A DNA stretch of 64,000 bases. Source: a virus. Its lineage: Duplodnaviria; Heunggongvirae; Uroviricota; Caudoviricetes. A program made the position numbers and the translations under genes. Location of the stretch: IMG/VR virus record IMGVR_UViG_3300027509_000001, positions 1 through 64,000 of that record. The stretch is one strand, 5' to 3'. The notes below the pieces were generated by a model. It was given only the letters and a program-made list of their open reading frames with translations, was not told the DNA's origin and searched no databases. Below are positions 28,849 to 38,267 of this stretch, piece after piece. Position 1 is the stretch's first letter. Each line of letters begins with the position of its first letter.

Positions 28849-29375
28849 AATCCGTAATATTGATGCTTTCCTGTTGTTCCATAATATTCTGCTTTCTTTA
28901 CTAGTCTACGAATCCATCCTGATCCTATTTTACTTGCTAAGGCTTCATTGTGATAGAATAATACATTTGCTGGCAGTTTTGAGCCATTAAGCAATAAATC
29001 CATAGCTACATCTCTGCAATCTTGATCTAATTTACCATAGTTTGGATCTTTCCTTATAACGTATTCAAACATTTTACTTTTAATTCCTGCAAATTGCCGC
29101 TTCTGATATACGACTCCCCACATAGTAGAAGGATAATTAGGATGTGCCATTCGATTTAAAATTACCGATCCTACCCACTGTTTATCTTTAAACGATTCGC
29201 CAATTGATTCTGCACGAATGATCTTGGATAATAAAATTATTTCTTCAGGATCTAATTTACAGTATTCATTTAGGTTTTCATTGCAACATTCAATAGGTGA
29301 CACTTTGGCGTCAATTGATAATGACCAAGTGACTGCAAATAAGACACATGCAAAAGTTAATATTTTAATTTTCAT
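28845..29375 (-). CDS. SleB-like cell-wall hydrolase (Hydrolase_2 family), secreted
   Basis: Signal peptide; 'IIRAESIGE...WVGSVILNRMAHPNYPSTMWGVVYQKRQF'. Confidence 0.6.
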   Translation of the reverse strand: MKIKILTFACVLFAVTWSLSIDAKVSPIECCNENLNEYCKLDPEEIILLSKIIRAESIGESFKDKQWVGSVILNRMAHPNYPSTMWGVVYQKRQFAGIKSKMFEYVIRKDPNYGKLDQDCRDVAMDLLLNGSKLPANVLFYHNEALASKIGSGWIRRLVKKAEYYGTTGKHQYYGL

Positions 29376-29664
29376 AAGTAAGATTTATAAATTCAATTAA
29401 ATCATTCTCTTCTGGGTCCCAGTCTGTCTGCCCATCGATTAATATTTCTCCATGGTCTTCATCTCCAACTGTTATCGTATTATCTTCTATTTCTGCACCA
29501 ATCATGTCTGCTATATCTGTGTAACTAGCTCCATGCTCTTTGTATTCAGTTTGCCCTTCTTCCAGATAAATAACCTTTCCATCTTCATAAAATGCATCTA
29601 TAATATTCATATCTTTATTTTTAATTACATTTATAAAGATATATAAAATATTTATAATATCCAA
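29365..29664 (-). CDS. acidic hypothetical protein
   Basis: 99 aa, D/E-rich. Confidence 0.4.
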   Translation of the reverse strand: MDIINILYIFINVIKNKDMNIIDAFYEDGKVIYLEEGQTEYKEHGASYTDIADMIGAEIEDNTITVGDEDHGEILIDGQTDWDPEENDLIEFINLTYEN

Positions 29665-29667
29665 ATT

Positions 29668-30243
29668 TTAACTAGATATAATTTTAGAAACATTGGAAAT
29701 GAATTCATTTAAAGTTCCATTATTCTTAATAAGAAATTGCCATACTTCTGGAACAACATCGTCTAATGCAGTTTCAGACGAATGATTATCTATTGGTATG
29801 TTATCTCTTTCAATTCTAATTTTGACGACTTCGTACTTGTCTGAAGATAAATAATTGTCAATAAGAAGTTCATTAGGAAATCTACAATCGGTTATTATAA
29901 TATTATTAGCGGTTGATTCTTCTATTTTTCTTACTGCAATTTTAACCCATGCATCTAAATCTATAGTATTTCTAATGCCCTCTGTTCCTAATATTTGTAA
30001 TATGTCTCTGAGCATTAATGGAGATAGATCGTGTCCAAATTTAGTTGGTAACAATTTCTGCGCTTGTGTATAGTCACCATTGACCATTTTAATACCAGTC
30101 AGAATTTCTGCCATTTGCTTTAGTGCGCCGGCAAACATTATGGTTTCTGTTTGACCTCTAAGATGTTGCTTTAAGCTATTAGCCAGAGTGTCTTTACCTG
30201 TTCCTTTTTTACCTGATATTATAAATACTTTAATTTTTTGCAT
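29668..30243 (-). CDS. dNMP kinase-like P-loop kinase (T4 gp1-like)
   Basis: N-terminal 'VFIISGKKGTGKDTLANSL'. Confidence 0.5.
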   Translation of the reverse strand: MQKIKVFIISGKKGTGKDTLANSLKQHLRGQTETIMFAGALKQMAEILTGIKMVNGDYTQAQKLLPTKFGHDLSPLMLRDILQILGTEGIRNTIDLDAWVKIAVRKIEESTANNIIITDCRFPNELLIDNYLSSDKYEVVKIRIERDNIPIDNHSSETALDDVVPEVWQFLIKNNGTLNEFISNVSKIISS

Positions 30244-30721
30244 TCCATTTATTTTTTAGTTCTGTAATATCGTGTATGTCCCATTCAGTAGGAGATTGTT
30301 TTAAATAGGGCGGAACAAATTTTATGCATAATACACCCCCTTCATTTAATTCCTTTACTGTTGAAGGTTTATCATCTATATGATGCGTAATACCATAATC
30401 TCTGCATGATTGTAGTTTGTCATATGAAGCAATTATTGGCTTATCGGGAAATCCTTCTTTCCAAAGATTTATTCTTCTAGCCTCAATCATCTTTTCTGGA
30501 ATAGATGTTAAGTAATAGTCAAAGTCAACATTAATGTCTTTAGGGTTGATCAATGCAGGAATTGTTTCCCAAAACTTCACTTCGTCTTTTATATTTTGAT
30601 ACATTTCCCATACTAAAGGATCTTCCCAATCATTAATAATTTTTGGGCATTCTTTTCCATGCCATTCGTAAGCATGTTTGACGAAATTTAAACAAATTCC
30701 GTCTACGTCAAATGATTTCAT
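30230..30721 (-). CDS. HAD-superfamily 5'(3')-deoxyribonucleotidase
   Basis: 'FDVDGICLNF' DxDG[IV] motif at the N-terminus. Confidence 0.55.
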   Translation of the reverse strand: MKSFDVDGICLNFVKHAYEWHGKECPKIINDWEDPLVWEMYQNIKDEVKFWETIPALINPKDINVDFDYYLTSIPEKMIEARRINLWKEGFPDKPIIASYDKLQSCRDYGITHHIDDKPSTVKELNEGGVLCIKFVPPYLKQSPTEWDIHDITELKNKWNAKN

Positions 30722-30736
30722 TTTTAAAATTTTAAA

Positions 30737-31021
30737 TTAAAATTCACCTAGAATTCTCAAAGTCTTTTCGGCATTTAGACTTAGGATGTTACATGTAAAA
30801 TTATTTTCGAAAACTCCGTCATCTCTAATTTTCATTTCGTATCTATTTCCATTTACATCTTTATCGTAGATTTTAAAATCGTTTTTATCGACAATTTTAC
30901 TTGCGATCAAGTCTTGCAAGTGCCGAATGTCTATTTCTTCTGCATAATATACAGTTCCATTAAATTCTACTTCTACCTTATCTAGATATGGAGTATTAAT
31001 TATTTCTCTAATCGAGTTCAT
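30737..31021 (-). CDS. hypothetical protein
   Basis: 94-aa ORF. Confidence 0.4.
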   Translation of the reverse strand: MNSIREIINTPYLDKVEVEFNGTVYYAEEIDIRHLQDLIASKIVDKNDFKIYDKDVNGNRYEMKIRDDGVFENNFTCNILSLNAEKTLRILGEF

Positions 31022-31025
31022 TGAA

Positions 31026-31715
31026 TTATTTTAAGCGATTTCTTAATTTAAGTTGAAGTGTAATCCATTTCTTAGCAATGGGATTTGTAATAGACGATTC
31101 TGCAAACTTTTTAACTTCTTTCCAAAGTTTATCTAGGCCAGAACTGTTATCTCTAGTACTATTATCTATAATTGATATATTAGATCTTCCAAATAGCGAT
31201 TGAAATTTTCCAAGATTTTGCTGGGCATCATACCATGCTTGTTTTACTATATCTTCCGGAAGTGACCTTTCTCGTTTTTGGTTTCTTTCTAATGCCACTT
31301 CCAAAGAAGTATTGACAAATACCATGTAACAATCATAACCTAACTTCTTTAGATCTGCAACATGACTTTTTATTTTCGAATAATTCTTTCCAGTTCCATC
31401 TACTATAAATCCTAATCTTCCATCAATATAAGCATCATGTTGAGCATTAGCTGTTTTTTTAGCCTTTGGCCTTAAGGCCATTATTTTATCTAGCTGATCT
31501 TTGGGGAACTTTAAAGATAAGCCATGTTTTTTAATAAGCCTTTCAAAGGGCACATCTGAAGCAACTACTTTAAATCCATGACCCATTGTTGATTTATTCA
31601 GTACATATGATTTTCCTGACCCAGGTCCTCCAGCCATAAATATGGTTTTAAATATGGCCCTGTCATATACACCTTCCTTTAATATTTCTTCAATTAATAT
31701 ATCATTTAGTTTCAT
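31026..31715 (-). CDS. P-loop NTPase / kinase
   Basis: Walker A 'MAGGPGSGKSYV'. Confidence 0.45.
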   Translation of the reverse strand: MKLNDILIEEILKEGVYDRAIFKTIFMAGGPGSGKSYVLNKSTMGHGFKVVASDVPFERLIKKHGLSLKFPKDQLDKIMALRPKAKKTANAQHDAYIDGRLGFIVDGTGKNYSKIKSHVADLKKLGYDCYMVFVNTSLEVALERNQKRERSLPEDIVKQAWYDAQQNLGKFQSLFGRSNISIIDNSTRDNSSGLDKLWKEVKKFAESSITNPIAKKWITLQLKLRNRLK

Positions 31716-31732
31716 TTTCTTTTCATTTCCTT

Positions 31733-32305
31733 TTATTTATGCAACTTTGATTCTGGTGGTGCTAATAATATTTTTTCATATTCAGTTCCACCAATTTCTC
31801 TAGTATAATGATATCCATCTTTTGATGGTTTTATTTTCTTTCCAATAATTTTTTCTACTTTATGGGCAGGAACGGGTTTCATTCCTTTATGCAGGGCATA
31901 TTTTTCAGCAGCGCCTGAGAATTCGCCCCATGCCCTATTAAATTTAATATCGTCTTTATAAATTTGCTTGGCCCATTGTTTACCTACTGGAGTCATATCA
32001 TGGGCTCCTCCTATTGCTTTTCGACCATGTTTATCTTTATATACTGCGGCTGCAATAATTTTGCCATTCTTTCTTACTAATTTCATAAACCCAGCTTTAG
32101 ATATCATATGATTGGCATTTTTGGCTCCTTTAAATCCACCTAAGTCTTTATACGTTTTTTGGAATAATCCCCAAACTGCGTCTGCATATTTTTTCATTTC
32201 GACTTTAGTATGCAAATTGACAAAGGTTTCATTAATATAATTTTCTCTAAGAATTCTTTCGTATTCTTTATCTGCTGACTCTTTTATATAGTTTACTAAA
32301 CTCAT
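31733..32305 (-). CDS. hypothetical protein
   Basis: 190-aa ORF. Confidence 0.45.
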   Translation of the reverse strand: MSLVNYIKESADKEYERILRENYINETFVNLHTKVEMKKYADAVWGLFQKTYKDLGGFKGAKNANHMISKAGFMKLVRKNGKIIAAAVYKDKHGRKAIGGAHDMTPVGKQWAKQIYKDDIKFNRAWGEFSGAAEKYALHKGMKPVPAHKVEKIIGKKIKPSKDGYHYTREIGGTEYEKILLAPPESKLHK

Positions 32306-32883
32306 TGCGTATATCCTTCGTTAAATAGAACTAAATCCTCTTTAATATTAGCAATTACTTGACTTATGTCACTATGTCGGTGGTTTTGTTCTGTAACGTG
32401 TATCTTTAATGCAAACCCATTGTCAATAATATCTTGAGACCAACTTTCATAATCTAAAACAGTATCTTTGGACCCTACATAAAATGTCAGTCTATCTATA
32501 ATATGGCGGTGCATAATATTGGGCTTAATCATAGACAAATGACTAATAAAATCTCCTGATACATAAGATTCTTCTCCAGTCTTATAATTTTTAATCTTGG
32601 TTCCTATTAAATATGACAAAGTAGTATCTGGACTAAAGGATGGGTTAATTAAATGTACTTTCAAATATGAAAATTCTATAGCTAATATCATGGCATAAAA
32701 ACCTCCTAAAGAAGTACCAACTACATATTCAATATGATTTGATATAATTATATCCCTTAATACCTCTAGATCTTTCTTAGGATCGTTTACTAATTGTGGA
32801 GAATGTACTTTTACCCCCAATTTTCTAAACTCCTTATCCTTGCCTCCTGGCCCAGAGTTAAATCCATGTATATATAATACCAT
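32302..32883 (-). CDS. alpha/beta-hydrolase esterase (YqiA-like)
   Basis: 'VLYIHGFNSGPG' N-terminus and 'GTSLGG' nucleophile elbow. Confidence 0.5.
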   Translation of the reverse strand: MVLYIHGFNSGPGGKDKEFRKLGVKVHSPQLVNDPKKDLEVLRDIIISNHIEYVVGTSLGGFYAMILAIEFSYLKVHLINPSFSPDTTLSYLIGTKIKNYKTGEESYVSGDFISHLSMIKPNIMHRHIIDRLTFYVGSKDTVLDYESWSQDIIDNGFALKIHVTEQNHRHSDISQVIANIKEDLVLFNEGYTQ

Positions 32884-32922
32884 ATTTATTCTTTATAAAC
32901 AAATATACTTAAATTTTTTGAC

Positions 32923-33438
32923 TTATTCAAATATATTAATATATAGTTTTGCATATTCATTATATATACCTGTTACATTTAAACGATCGATCCAATTATT
33001 AAAATATTCTAACAATTCTTTACTTCTTTCGTGATTTCCATAATGGTGTATCATGAAATCTTTCTTATTTTGAATTTTGTCAACTGATAACATGTCATTT
33101 ACGTCTTTTATTGGAGATAGTTTTATCTCATCTATGGATTCTATTTTTCGCTGAGATAAATAAGACATTGCAATATGCCGATATTCCATTGCCAATAATA
33201 TTACTGGAGATTTGCACTTAAGGCTTATACTTTGCCAATTCTTTGCCAACGCGTCGTCTGGTTGCAACATTGGATGAATGCAAAAGGCTCTTCTAGCTAA
33301 ATTTGAGGCGTTTAACAAATCAAAAATTTCCAATGCATCATCTATATGATCCATATACCTGACTTTCGAACGCTTTGCTATTTGGTTTCCATAGTACTCA
33401 TTGATCAATTGATATTCTATTGACTGCTTAATATTCAT
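32923..33438 (-). CDS. hypothetical protein
   Basis: 171-aa ORF. Confidence 0.45.
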   Translation of the reverse strand: MNIKQSIEYQLINEYYGNQIAKRSKVRYMDHIDDALEIFDLLNASNLARRAFCIHPMLQPDDALAKNWQSISLKCKSPVILLAMEYRHIAMSYLSQRKIESIDEIKLSPIKDVNDMLSVDKIQNKKDFMIHHYGNHERSKELLEYFNNWIDRLNVTGIYNEYAKLYINIFE

Positions 33439-34061
33439 CTCATTAAATATTTTATTGGGTCTATGGCAACATTATTGATTCTAACCTCGTAATGCAGATG
33501 TGGTGCGACAGAATGACCAGTACTGCCCAATGTTCCTATAACTTGATTTTTATGCAGTACATCGCCTCTATTCACGTATATAGTGTCTAAATGGGCATAA
33601 AGAGTGGTATGATTATTACCATGATCTATAATTATGTGATTTCCGTATGCATTTTCCAATTCTAACTTAGTAATCACTATGCCGTTTGATACTGCTTTTA
33701 TTTCAGTTCCTTTTGGCGCAACTAAATCAATGCCAGCATGAAGTTTATGAATTCCACTTATTGGATGAACTCTAAATCCATATGGAGACATTTCTGATAT
33801 TGGCTTATTTAATTTGCAAATTTCTATTGGCATTCCATATGGCATGGATAGGGAATCTTTTATAGCTTCTGCAACAATACTGTCTAATAATAATTGAGTT
33901 TGAATTTTAATGTTGGTTATACTATCTTTAAAAGTTATGATATTTGAATTATATTGAGTTTCTTTTAGAATGGAATTCGAGTTTAGATGTTTGAATGCAA
34001 AAATCATACCAATTAATGTTAAGATTAACGTATATATAATATAATTTTTTAGTCCTTCCAT
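33435..34061 (-). CDS. M23-family peptidase, membrane-anchored
   Basis: N-terminal TM segment; 'HAGIDLVAPKGTEIKAVSNG' and 'GSTGHSVAPHLHYEV'. Confidence 0.65.
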   Translation of the reverse strand: MEGLKNYIIYTLILTLIGMIFAFKHLNSNSILKETQYNSNIITFKDSITNIKIQTQLLLDSIVAEAIKDSLSMPYGMPIEICKLNKPISEMSPYGFRVHPISGIHKLHAGIDLVAPKGTEIKAVSNGIVITKLELENAYGNHIIIDHGNNHTTLYAHLDTIYVNRGDVLHKNQVIGTLGSTGHSVAPHLHYEVRINNVAIDPIKYLMR

Positions 34062-34250
34062 TTTTTATTTAAGTAAGATTTTAATCTTTTTTCTTAAATT
34101 GTCGTTATCCTCAAGTAATTCTGCGATTAGGTCTACATCTATGCTATCTGCTCCATACTCATGAAACATTTTATCGTAAGTTTTTATTCTCTTACGTAAC
34201 TTTTTAAGATGTTGCCTGTAATATCTTGTTTCTTTTGTCATATCTTAATT

Positions 34251-34583
34251 TTAACACCGTGGAACACCTTGTTCAGGGTCATACCAACCATGTACTGAAG
34301 AAAGCTTCCAGCCGGGGTACGGACAAGACCCATGTTTACTAACCATAAAATCAAATTTTTTGCCCAATTCTTTCAAACTTGGTTTTGAGTGTATAGCATT
34401 TAATTTATCTTGATGTTCCTTGTTTCCCATGGACGGATCTATGTCATGTACAAATACCAATGATAAATGCTTTTCAATTTGTTGAATTTGGGAGGAAGTT
34501 AGGCTTTTTTCTTGTGGAGGTATATGGTTAAATCCAACTTCAAAAAAGCCTTGGAGCCAATAACAAAAATCTCTAGTTGTCAT
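34251..34583 (-). CDS. hypothetical protein
   Basis: 110-aa ORF. Confidence 0.4.
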   Translation of the reverse strand: MTTRDFCYWLQGFFEVGFNHIPPQEKSLTSSQIQQIEKHLSLVFVHDIDPSMGNKEHQDKLNAIHSKPSLKELGKKFDFMVSKHGSCPYPGWKLSSVHGWYDPEQGVPRC

Positions 34584-34600
34584 ATTATGTATTTTTTAGG

Positions 34601-34677
34601 TAGTGTAGAAGGGGATCGAACCCTCATGTTACCAATTACTCTTTCTACAAGATATAAGCTTGAGGAGATACTACACT
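34601..34677 (-). tRNA. tRNA (isotype unresolved)
   Basis: Perfect 7-bp acceptor stem AGTGTAG/CTACACT; T-arm GAGGG-TTCGATC-CCCTT; 77 nt. Confidence 0.5.
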
Positions 34678-35313
34678 ATTTTTTATAAGTTGAATTTCAT
34701 TCTTTTTCAATATTATTAAATTATTAACAACTTTCCATTTACATCGATCTCTTTCTCTTTCAAATCCCTTAACCTCAATATATTTATCGTAATCAATTAA
34801 ATAAAAATCTGGAAAATATAAATGTATTTTATTATTCCATTCATATTCAAATGGTTTCATTTCATTTGTCCATTTAATATCATGTTCATCTAACCATTTT
34901 GCTACTTCTAATTCCCAATTTCCTTTTAATTTAAATCCATTATAATTAAAAGTTTTAACTCGACCTGACACATTACTACTCGAATAACTTTCAGGGTTAT
35001 TTTTAACGGCAAGTAACATTGCAGTAGAATGCCGTTTTCTTCTTTCAAGTGACCAAGTCTGATTTTTTCCGGCGATCGAGAGTTTTTGTCTAGTTTCCTT
35101 TGAAATTATAGGTTTAGGTAAACCTAATAATTTTGCTTTAGTATATTGATTTTTAAAATTTTTTTTAATTTTTCCAGCTTTTACTTTTTTATTATAATCT
35201 ACGAATGGACTAATTCTGTTGGGCTTGTTATGCCATCCCATATGGGAATTCAGTCCATTTTGTGATTTGTATTCTTTATTACATTTACTACATTTAAACA
35301 TATCTTTTAACAA
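34645..35313 (-). CDS. zinc-finger + PD-(D/E)xK-like endonuclease (homing-endonuclease-like), paralog A
   Basis: N-terminal 'CSKCNKEYKSQNGLNSHMGWH'; C-terminal 'YFPDFYLIDYDKYIEVKG'; the C-terminal ~110 aa are nearly identical to 39096..39746; the 3' end overlaps a tRNA. Confidence 0.55.
   Translation of the reverse strand: MLKDMFKCSKCNKEYKSQNGLNSHMGWHNKPNRISPFVDYNKKVKAGKIKKNFKNQYTKAKLLGLPKPIISKETRQKLSIAGKNQTWSLERRKRHSTAMLLAVKNNPESYSSSNVSGRVKTFNYNGFKLKGNWELEVAKWLDEHDIKWTNEMKPFEYEWNNKIHLYFPDFYLIDYDKYIEVKGFERERDRCKWKVVNNLIILKKNEIQLIKNSVVSPQAYIL
34690..34990. repeat. ~250-300-bp near-identical repeat, copy 1 (3' part of the HEG-like gene)
   Basis: Nucleotides 34700-34925 are almost identical to 39160-39385. 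Confidence 0.7.
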
Positions 35314-35360
35314 TAAATATGTAAAAATTTTAATAAAAGTAACATGTACTTACCAAAAAG

Positions 35361-35437
35361 CGTTCTATGATTGGATTTGAACCAACTATCTTCACTTTGC
35401 AATGTGATGCTTCTGCCTGAATATAGCTCCTTAGAAC
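35361..35437 (-). tRNA. tRNA-like gene (non-canonical anticodon loop in my hand fold)
   Basis: T-arm GTTGG-TTCAAAT-CCAAT; acceptor GTTCTAA/ATAGAAC; the anticodon arm folds as TCAC-ATTGCAAA-GTGA with an 8-nt loop. Confidence 0.4.
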
Positions 35438-35529
35438 GAATGAGTTTTTGCCACAATGGGCGGTCATCAGAACTCTAACTGTGCCGTTATATACGTTGAA
35501 CGGAAGCCGTTAAAGACCCACACTACGAT

Positions 35530-35551
35530 TCGCTGGCCTAGCGACTTTTTT
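35530..35551 (+). terminator. rho-independent terminator-like hairpin on the + strand inside the tRNA array
   Basis: 'TCGCTggcctAGCGA' followed by 'cTTTTTTc'. Confidence 0.4.
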
Positions 35552-35659
35552 CTTAAAAAATAAAGAGCCACGCAAGACTCTCCAGTCTCGAATCCTTTTT
35601 ATTATTTAATGTGAAGATCAAGATAACTTCATTGCAGTATTTTATAGGACTCTTTATTC

Positions 35660-35745
35660 AGTGGGCGAGGTGGGATTCGAACCCCAATGTTTACAAATTT
35701 CTTCTAATTAAATAGTGTCATGAATTTATCTAATTCAAAATCTGC
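35660..35745 (-). ncRNA. tRNA-like fragment or other small RNA
   Basis: 'GGGATTCGAACCCC' T-arm signature, but I could not find a matching 5' acceptor strand. Confidence 0.25.
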
Positions 35746-35819
35746 TCATTGTTTTACAAAACCTTTTGGGCTACGGATTTACGCGTCCGCTTGATTCACC
35801 GATATCAGCACTCCCATTT

Positions 35820-36362
35820 TTATTTTAAACCTAATTCAAATACCATTTTGTATATATTAGCTAGTTTGTCATATATCATATTAAATATATCTGCCAATAA
35901 ATCTTTTATAACCCATAAAGGAATACTGAATGGCCATAAGCTCATCCATCTAATAGAATCTAGTTTTAACGACTTTAACCAACTTTCTTTTGCGTCTTCT
36001 GAGCTGGTGTTATATATATGCTCGTTATTAGTTTTTTTGGCCAGATCCTTATCTCGCTGTAATAACTTTTGGTACTCCTCTTTCTTTTCTCTAGCAGAAA
36101 AATATGCCCTAATAAACGAATATATAATTCCTATAATTGCATATATTAATATATTTTGCCAAGAAAATAAACTAAATACTGATTCAGTATCTTGATGCCA
36201 ATGTACACCCACAAAAATTGCAAAAGCTGCCATAGCTATCGAACCATTTTCTTTCCAATCAGATAATATAAATAAAAATGCAAGGATAGCAAATGATCCC
36301 CAATAATATTTAGAAGAACCAAATAAGCTTCCAATAGTAAAAAAATCAATTAAAGAATTCAT
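35820..36362 (-). CDS. multi-pass membrane protein
   Basis: 180 aa with about 4 TM segments. Confidence 0.45.
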   Translation of the reverse strand: MNSLIDFFTIGSLFGSSKYYWGSFAILAFLFILSDWKENGSIAMAAFAIFVGVHWHQDTESVFSLFSWQNILIYAIIGIIYSFIRAYFSAREKKEEYQKLLQRDKDLAKKTNNEHIYNTSSEDAKESWLKSLKLDSIRWMSLWPFSIPLWVIKDLLADIFNMIYDKLANIYKMVFELGLK

Positions 36363-36382
36363 ACTAAATAATTTTGTTTTAG

Positions 36383-36451
36383 TTTCGCGAACTGGGTTCG
36401 AACCAGCCTGTTCTCAGATATGAGCCGTGAACGTCTCCTAGGACCCGCGAA
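36383..36451 (-). tRNA. tRNA-like gene (short, 69 nt)
   Basis: Acceptor TTCGCGG/TCGCGAA; T-arm GCTGG-TTCGAAC-CCAGT. Confidence 0.35.
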
Positions 36452-36452
36452 A

Positions 36453-36986
36453 TTATTTATTCTCTGTAAAAAATATACCAGGTATGCCATCTATTGTAGC
36501 CTTTCCAATTCGATAACTAGAGGGTAAATTTTTATCTAAGATTAACTTGTATATTTTCATTTTCTGTGAATCAGAAACAAAATCCCTACCTAATTTATCT
36601 CTTGCTCCAAATACAAATACTGGTAATTTTTCATTCCATTTTCTTGCTTGATCTGTTTCTTTTTTTATTACAACTTTGCATATTTCAACGACCGTTTTTA
36701 AAATTCGAATTAAATATTTATAGTTGCTTTTTCGGAATTGATCATCTTTTCCAGAAATATCGAATCCTATATTATATAGATATCCGCGCTCACCAACAAT
36801 CTTAGGCAATTTTACTTTCATTAAAGATCTAGAACTGATTCGAGTAAAGTCTACATTAACTCGGTCGTCCTTATCAGTAGTAAAAGAAGTGTAATGTCCA
36901 TTAACTGAAAATTTATAGGGTTTAACGTTTTTTAGATCGCCTATTTCATTAATAACCGATTCGCTTAATAAATCTCTTAATTTCAT
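36453..36986 (-). CDS. hypothetical protein
   Basis: 177-aa ORF inside the tRNA array. Confidence 0.45.
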   Translation of the reverse strand: MKLRDLLSESVINEIGDLKNVKPYKFSVNGHYTSFTTDKDDRVNVDFTRISSRSLMKVKLPKIVGERGYLYNIGFDISGKDDQFRKSNYKYLIRILKTVVEICKVVIKKETDQARKWNEKLPVFVFGARDKLGRDFVSDSQKMKIYKLILDKNLPSSYRIGKATIDGIPGIFFTENK

Positions 36987-37192
36987 TTTAATGCTTTTAA
37001 ACCATCTAATAGTTTTCTTTTAATTTTTACTGGAATTTCATCAACTTCAATTGTTTCAGGTTTTGGTTCCCAGTCAGTAGTTGTTTTTTGAACGGCTTTC
37101 TTACCAGTACTGCAAAGAACTTTATAGTTGTTATTTGCCAACGTGCCTATAATAACACAATACCCAGCATATTTTTGTTTTAAGTACTTCAT
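36983..37192 (-). CDS. hypothetical protein (start trimmed to MKYLKQKY)
   Basis: The track ORF 36983..37309 runs into a tRNA gene; the internal Met at 37192 avoids the overlap. Confidence 0.35.
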   Translation of the reverse strand: MKYLKQKYAGYCVIIGTLANNNYKVLCSTGKKAVQKTTTDWEPKPETIEVDEIPVKIKRKLLDGLKALK

Positions 37193-37232
37193 ACTGCAAT
37201 ATATATAATTATTTTGACAATAACAAATGTTT

Positions 37233-37307
37233 GCGACCGATGAAGGACTCGAACCTTCTCCTCTCCCTCCATAGGGGAGTAATGCTACACTTATACACCA
37301 CTCGATC
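37233..37307 (-). tRNA. tRNA-like gene
   Basis: T-arm GAAGG-TTCGAGT-CCTTC; clean anticodon arm CTCCC-CTATGGA-GGGAG; 6/7 acceptor pairs. Confidence 0.45.
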
Positions 37308-37532
37308 AATTAAAAACAGTATTTCCTGAAAAACTTAACTCGAATACTTGATTGCAAATATTCCCTCAACTTTACGAGCGACCACAATGTGGAATTAATG
37401 CCCTAGTTCCCTTCGTTGAACATCATATTATTGGTGACCTACTTCCTTCCTTAAAAGGTATTGAAGTACTCATAAATCAAAATTAAGTGAAAAGAGTTTA
37501 CTGTTCGGTTATTCTCTTTCATTTCTTATTCG

Positions 37533-37607
37533 TCGCGTGACGTGGACTCGAACCACGGACCTACCGGTTAAGTGACCGGCCGCTCTAGCCAACTGAGCTA
37601 CCACGCA
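37533..37607 (-). tRNA. tRNA (canonical D-arm; anticodon loop ambiguous)
   Basis: 'TAGCTCAGTTGGCTAGAGC' D-arm, T-arm CGTGG-TTCGAGT-CCACG, acceptor TGCGTGG/TCACGCG. Confidence 0.5.
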
Positions 37608-37688
37608 AAGAAACTTTCATTTCTCTTTTTGATGCTTATCGCGAAATACATTTAAAGAGGTCTGCAAACAAAAAACAAAAGTTTCTAG

Positions 37689-37779
37689 TGGTAAAGATAG
37701 GATTCGAACCTATCGACCTCCCGGATCAAGTACCTAATTAGTACCATAGCCAGTCGCTCTTCCATCTGAGCTATTCACC
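37689..37779 (-). tRNA. long-variable-arm-type tRNA (91 nt; Ser/Leu/Tyr class?)
   Basis: D-arm 'GCTCAGATGGAAGAGC', T-arm ATAGG-TTCGAAT-CCTAT; the length implies a long extra arm or an insertion. Confidence 0.45.
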
Positions 37780-38042
37780 TTATAATTTTTAAAAATTGAA
37801 CAAAATATCATTCCATATCCTTTATCTATCCATCTTTTATACGCTAATGAACCATTAATGTAAACATATAACTCATTGCCAATTTTTTCTTTATGTATCA
37901 TTTTGTTTATTGTTAAAAAGCACCGGTTTATTAAACTCTCGGAGCACTTTCCGTTTATAAAAGTACCGCTTCGATATTAGTTTTAGCTAATAAGAAGATA
38001 GGCGGTGGCCTTCGAAATGCTTATTAATGAAATAAGACTCTT

Positions 38043-38158
38043 ACATACAGGCCGCATTGGTAGGATTCGAACCTACAATAGTACCATACTTTTTCAGCCG
38101 ACGCTTACTTTCCGGATTCGAACCGTATCTCCCTTTCACAGGCGCTTTACCATTTCGC
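38043..38158 (-). tRNA. tRNA-like gene with a ~40-nt internal insertion (116 nt)
   Basis: 3' half CGCATTG..GTAGG-TTCGAAT-CCTAC-CAATGCG with its 5' acceptor partner ~110 nt away; contains a second internal TTCGAATCC box. Confidence 0.3.
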
Positions 38159-38166
38159 TACAATGC

Positions 38167-38267
38167 GATTTTTTGTGCAGACAATTGGATTCGAACCAAT
38201 GACCTCTGGGCTAATTTATAAATCTGGCCAGATTTTTGTTTTTGCCACTTGCGCTCTGCCACTGAGC
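38167..38267 (-). tRNA. tRNA-like gene with an internal insertion (101 nt)
   Basis: Acceptor GCGGACA/TGTCTGC, canonical D-arm 'TAGCTCAGTGGCAGAGC', T-arm ATTGG-TTCGAAT-CCAAT; ~30 extra nt between the D-arm and the T-arm. Confidence 0.4.

Noticed and set aside
35749-36195. + strand 148-aa ORF
   Set aside because: Antisense to the membrane-protein gene 35820..36362; its N-terminus runs over a tRNA-like region.
36566-36805. + strand 79-aa ORF
   Set aside because: Antisense inside 36453..36986.
38100-38125. Separate tRNA at the second TTCGAATCC box (38105-38120)
   Set aside because: No complementary 5' acceptor strand within 60-90 nt; better explained as part of the 116-nt element 38043..38158 or a remnant.
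38005-38202. + strand 65-aa ORF
   Set aside because: Spans two - strand tRNA-like genes; its translation is rich in R/I from the tRNA sequence; not a gene.
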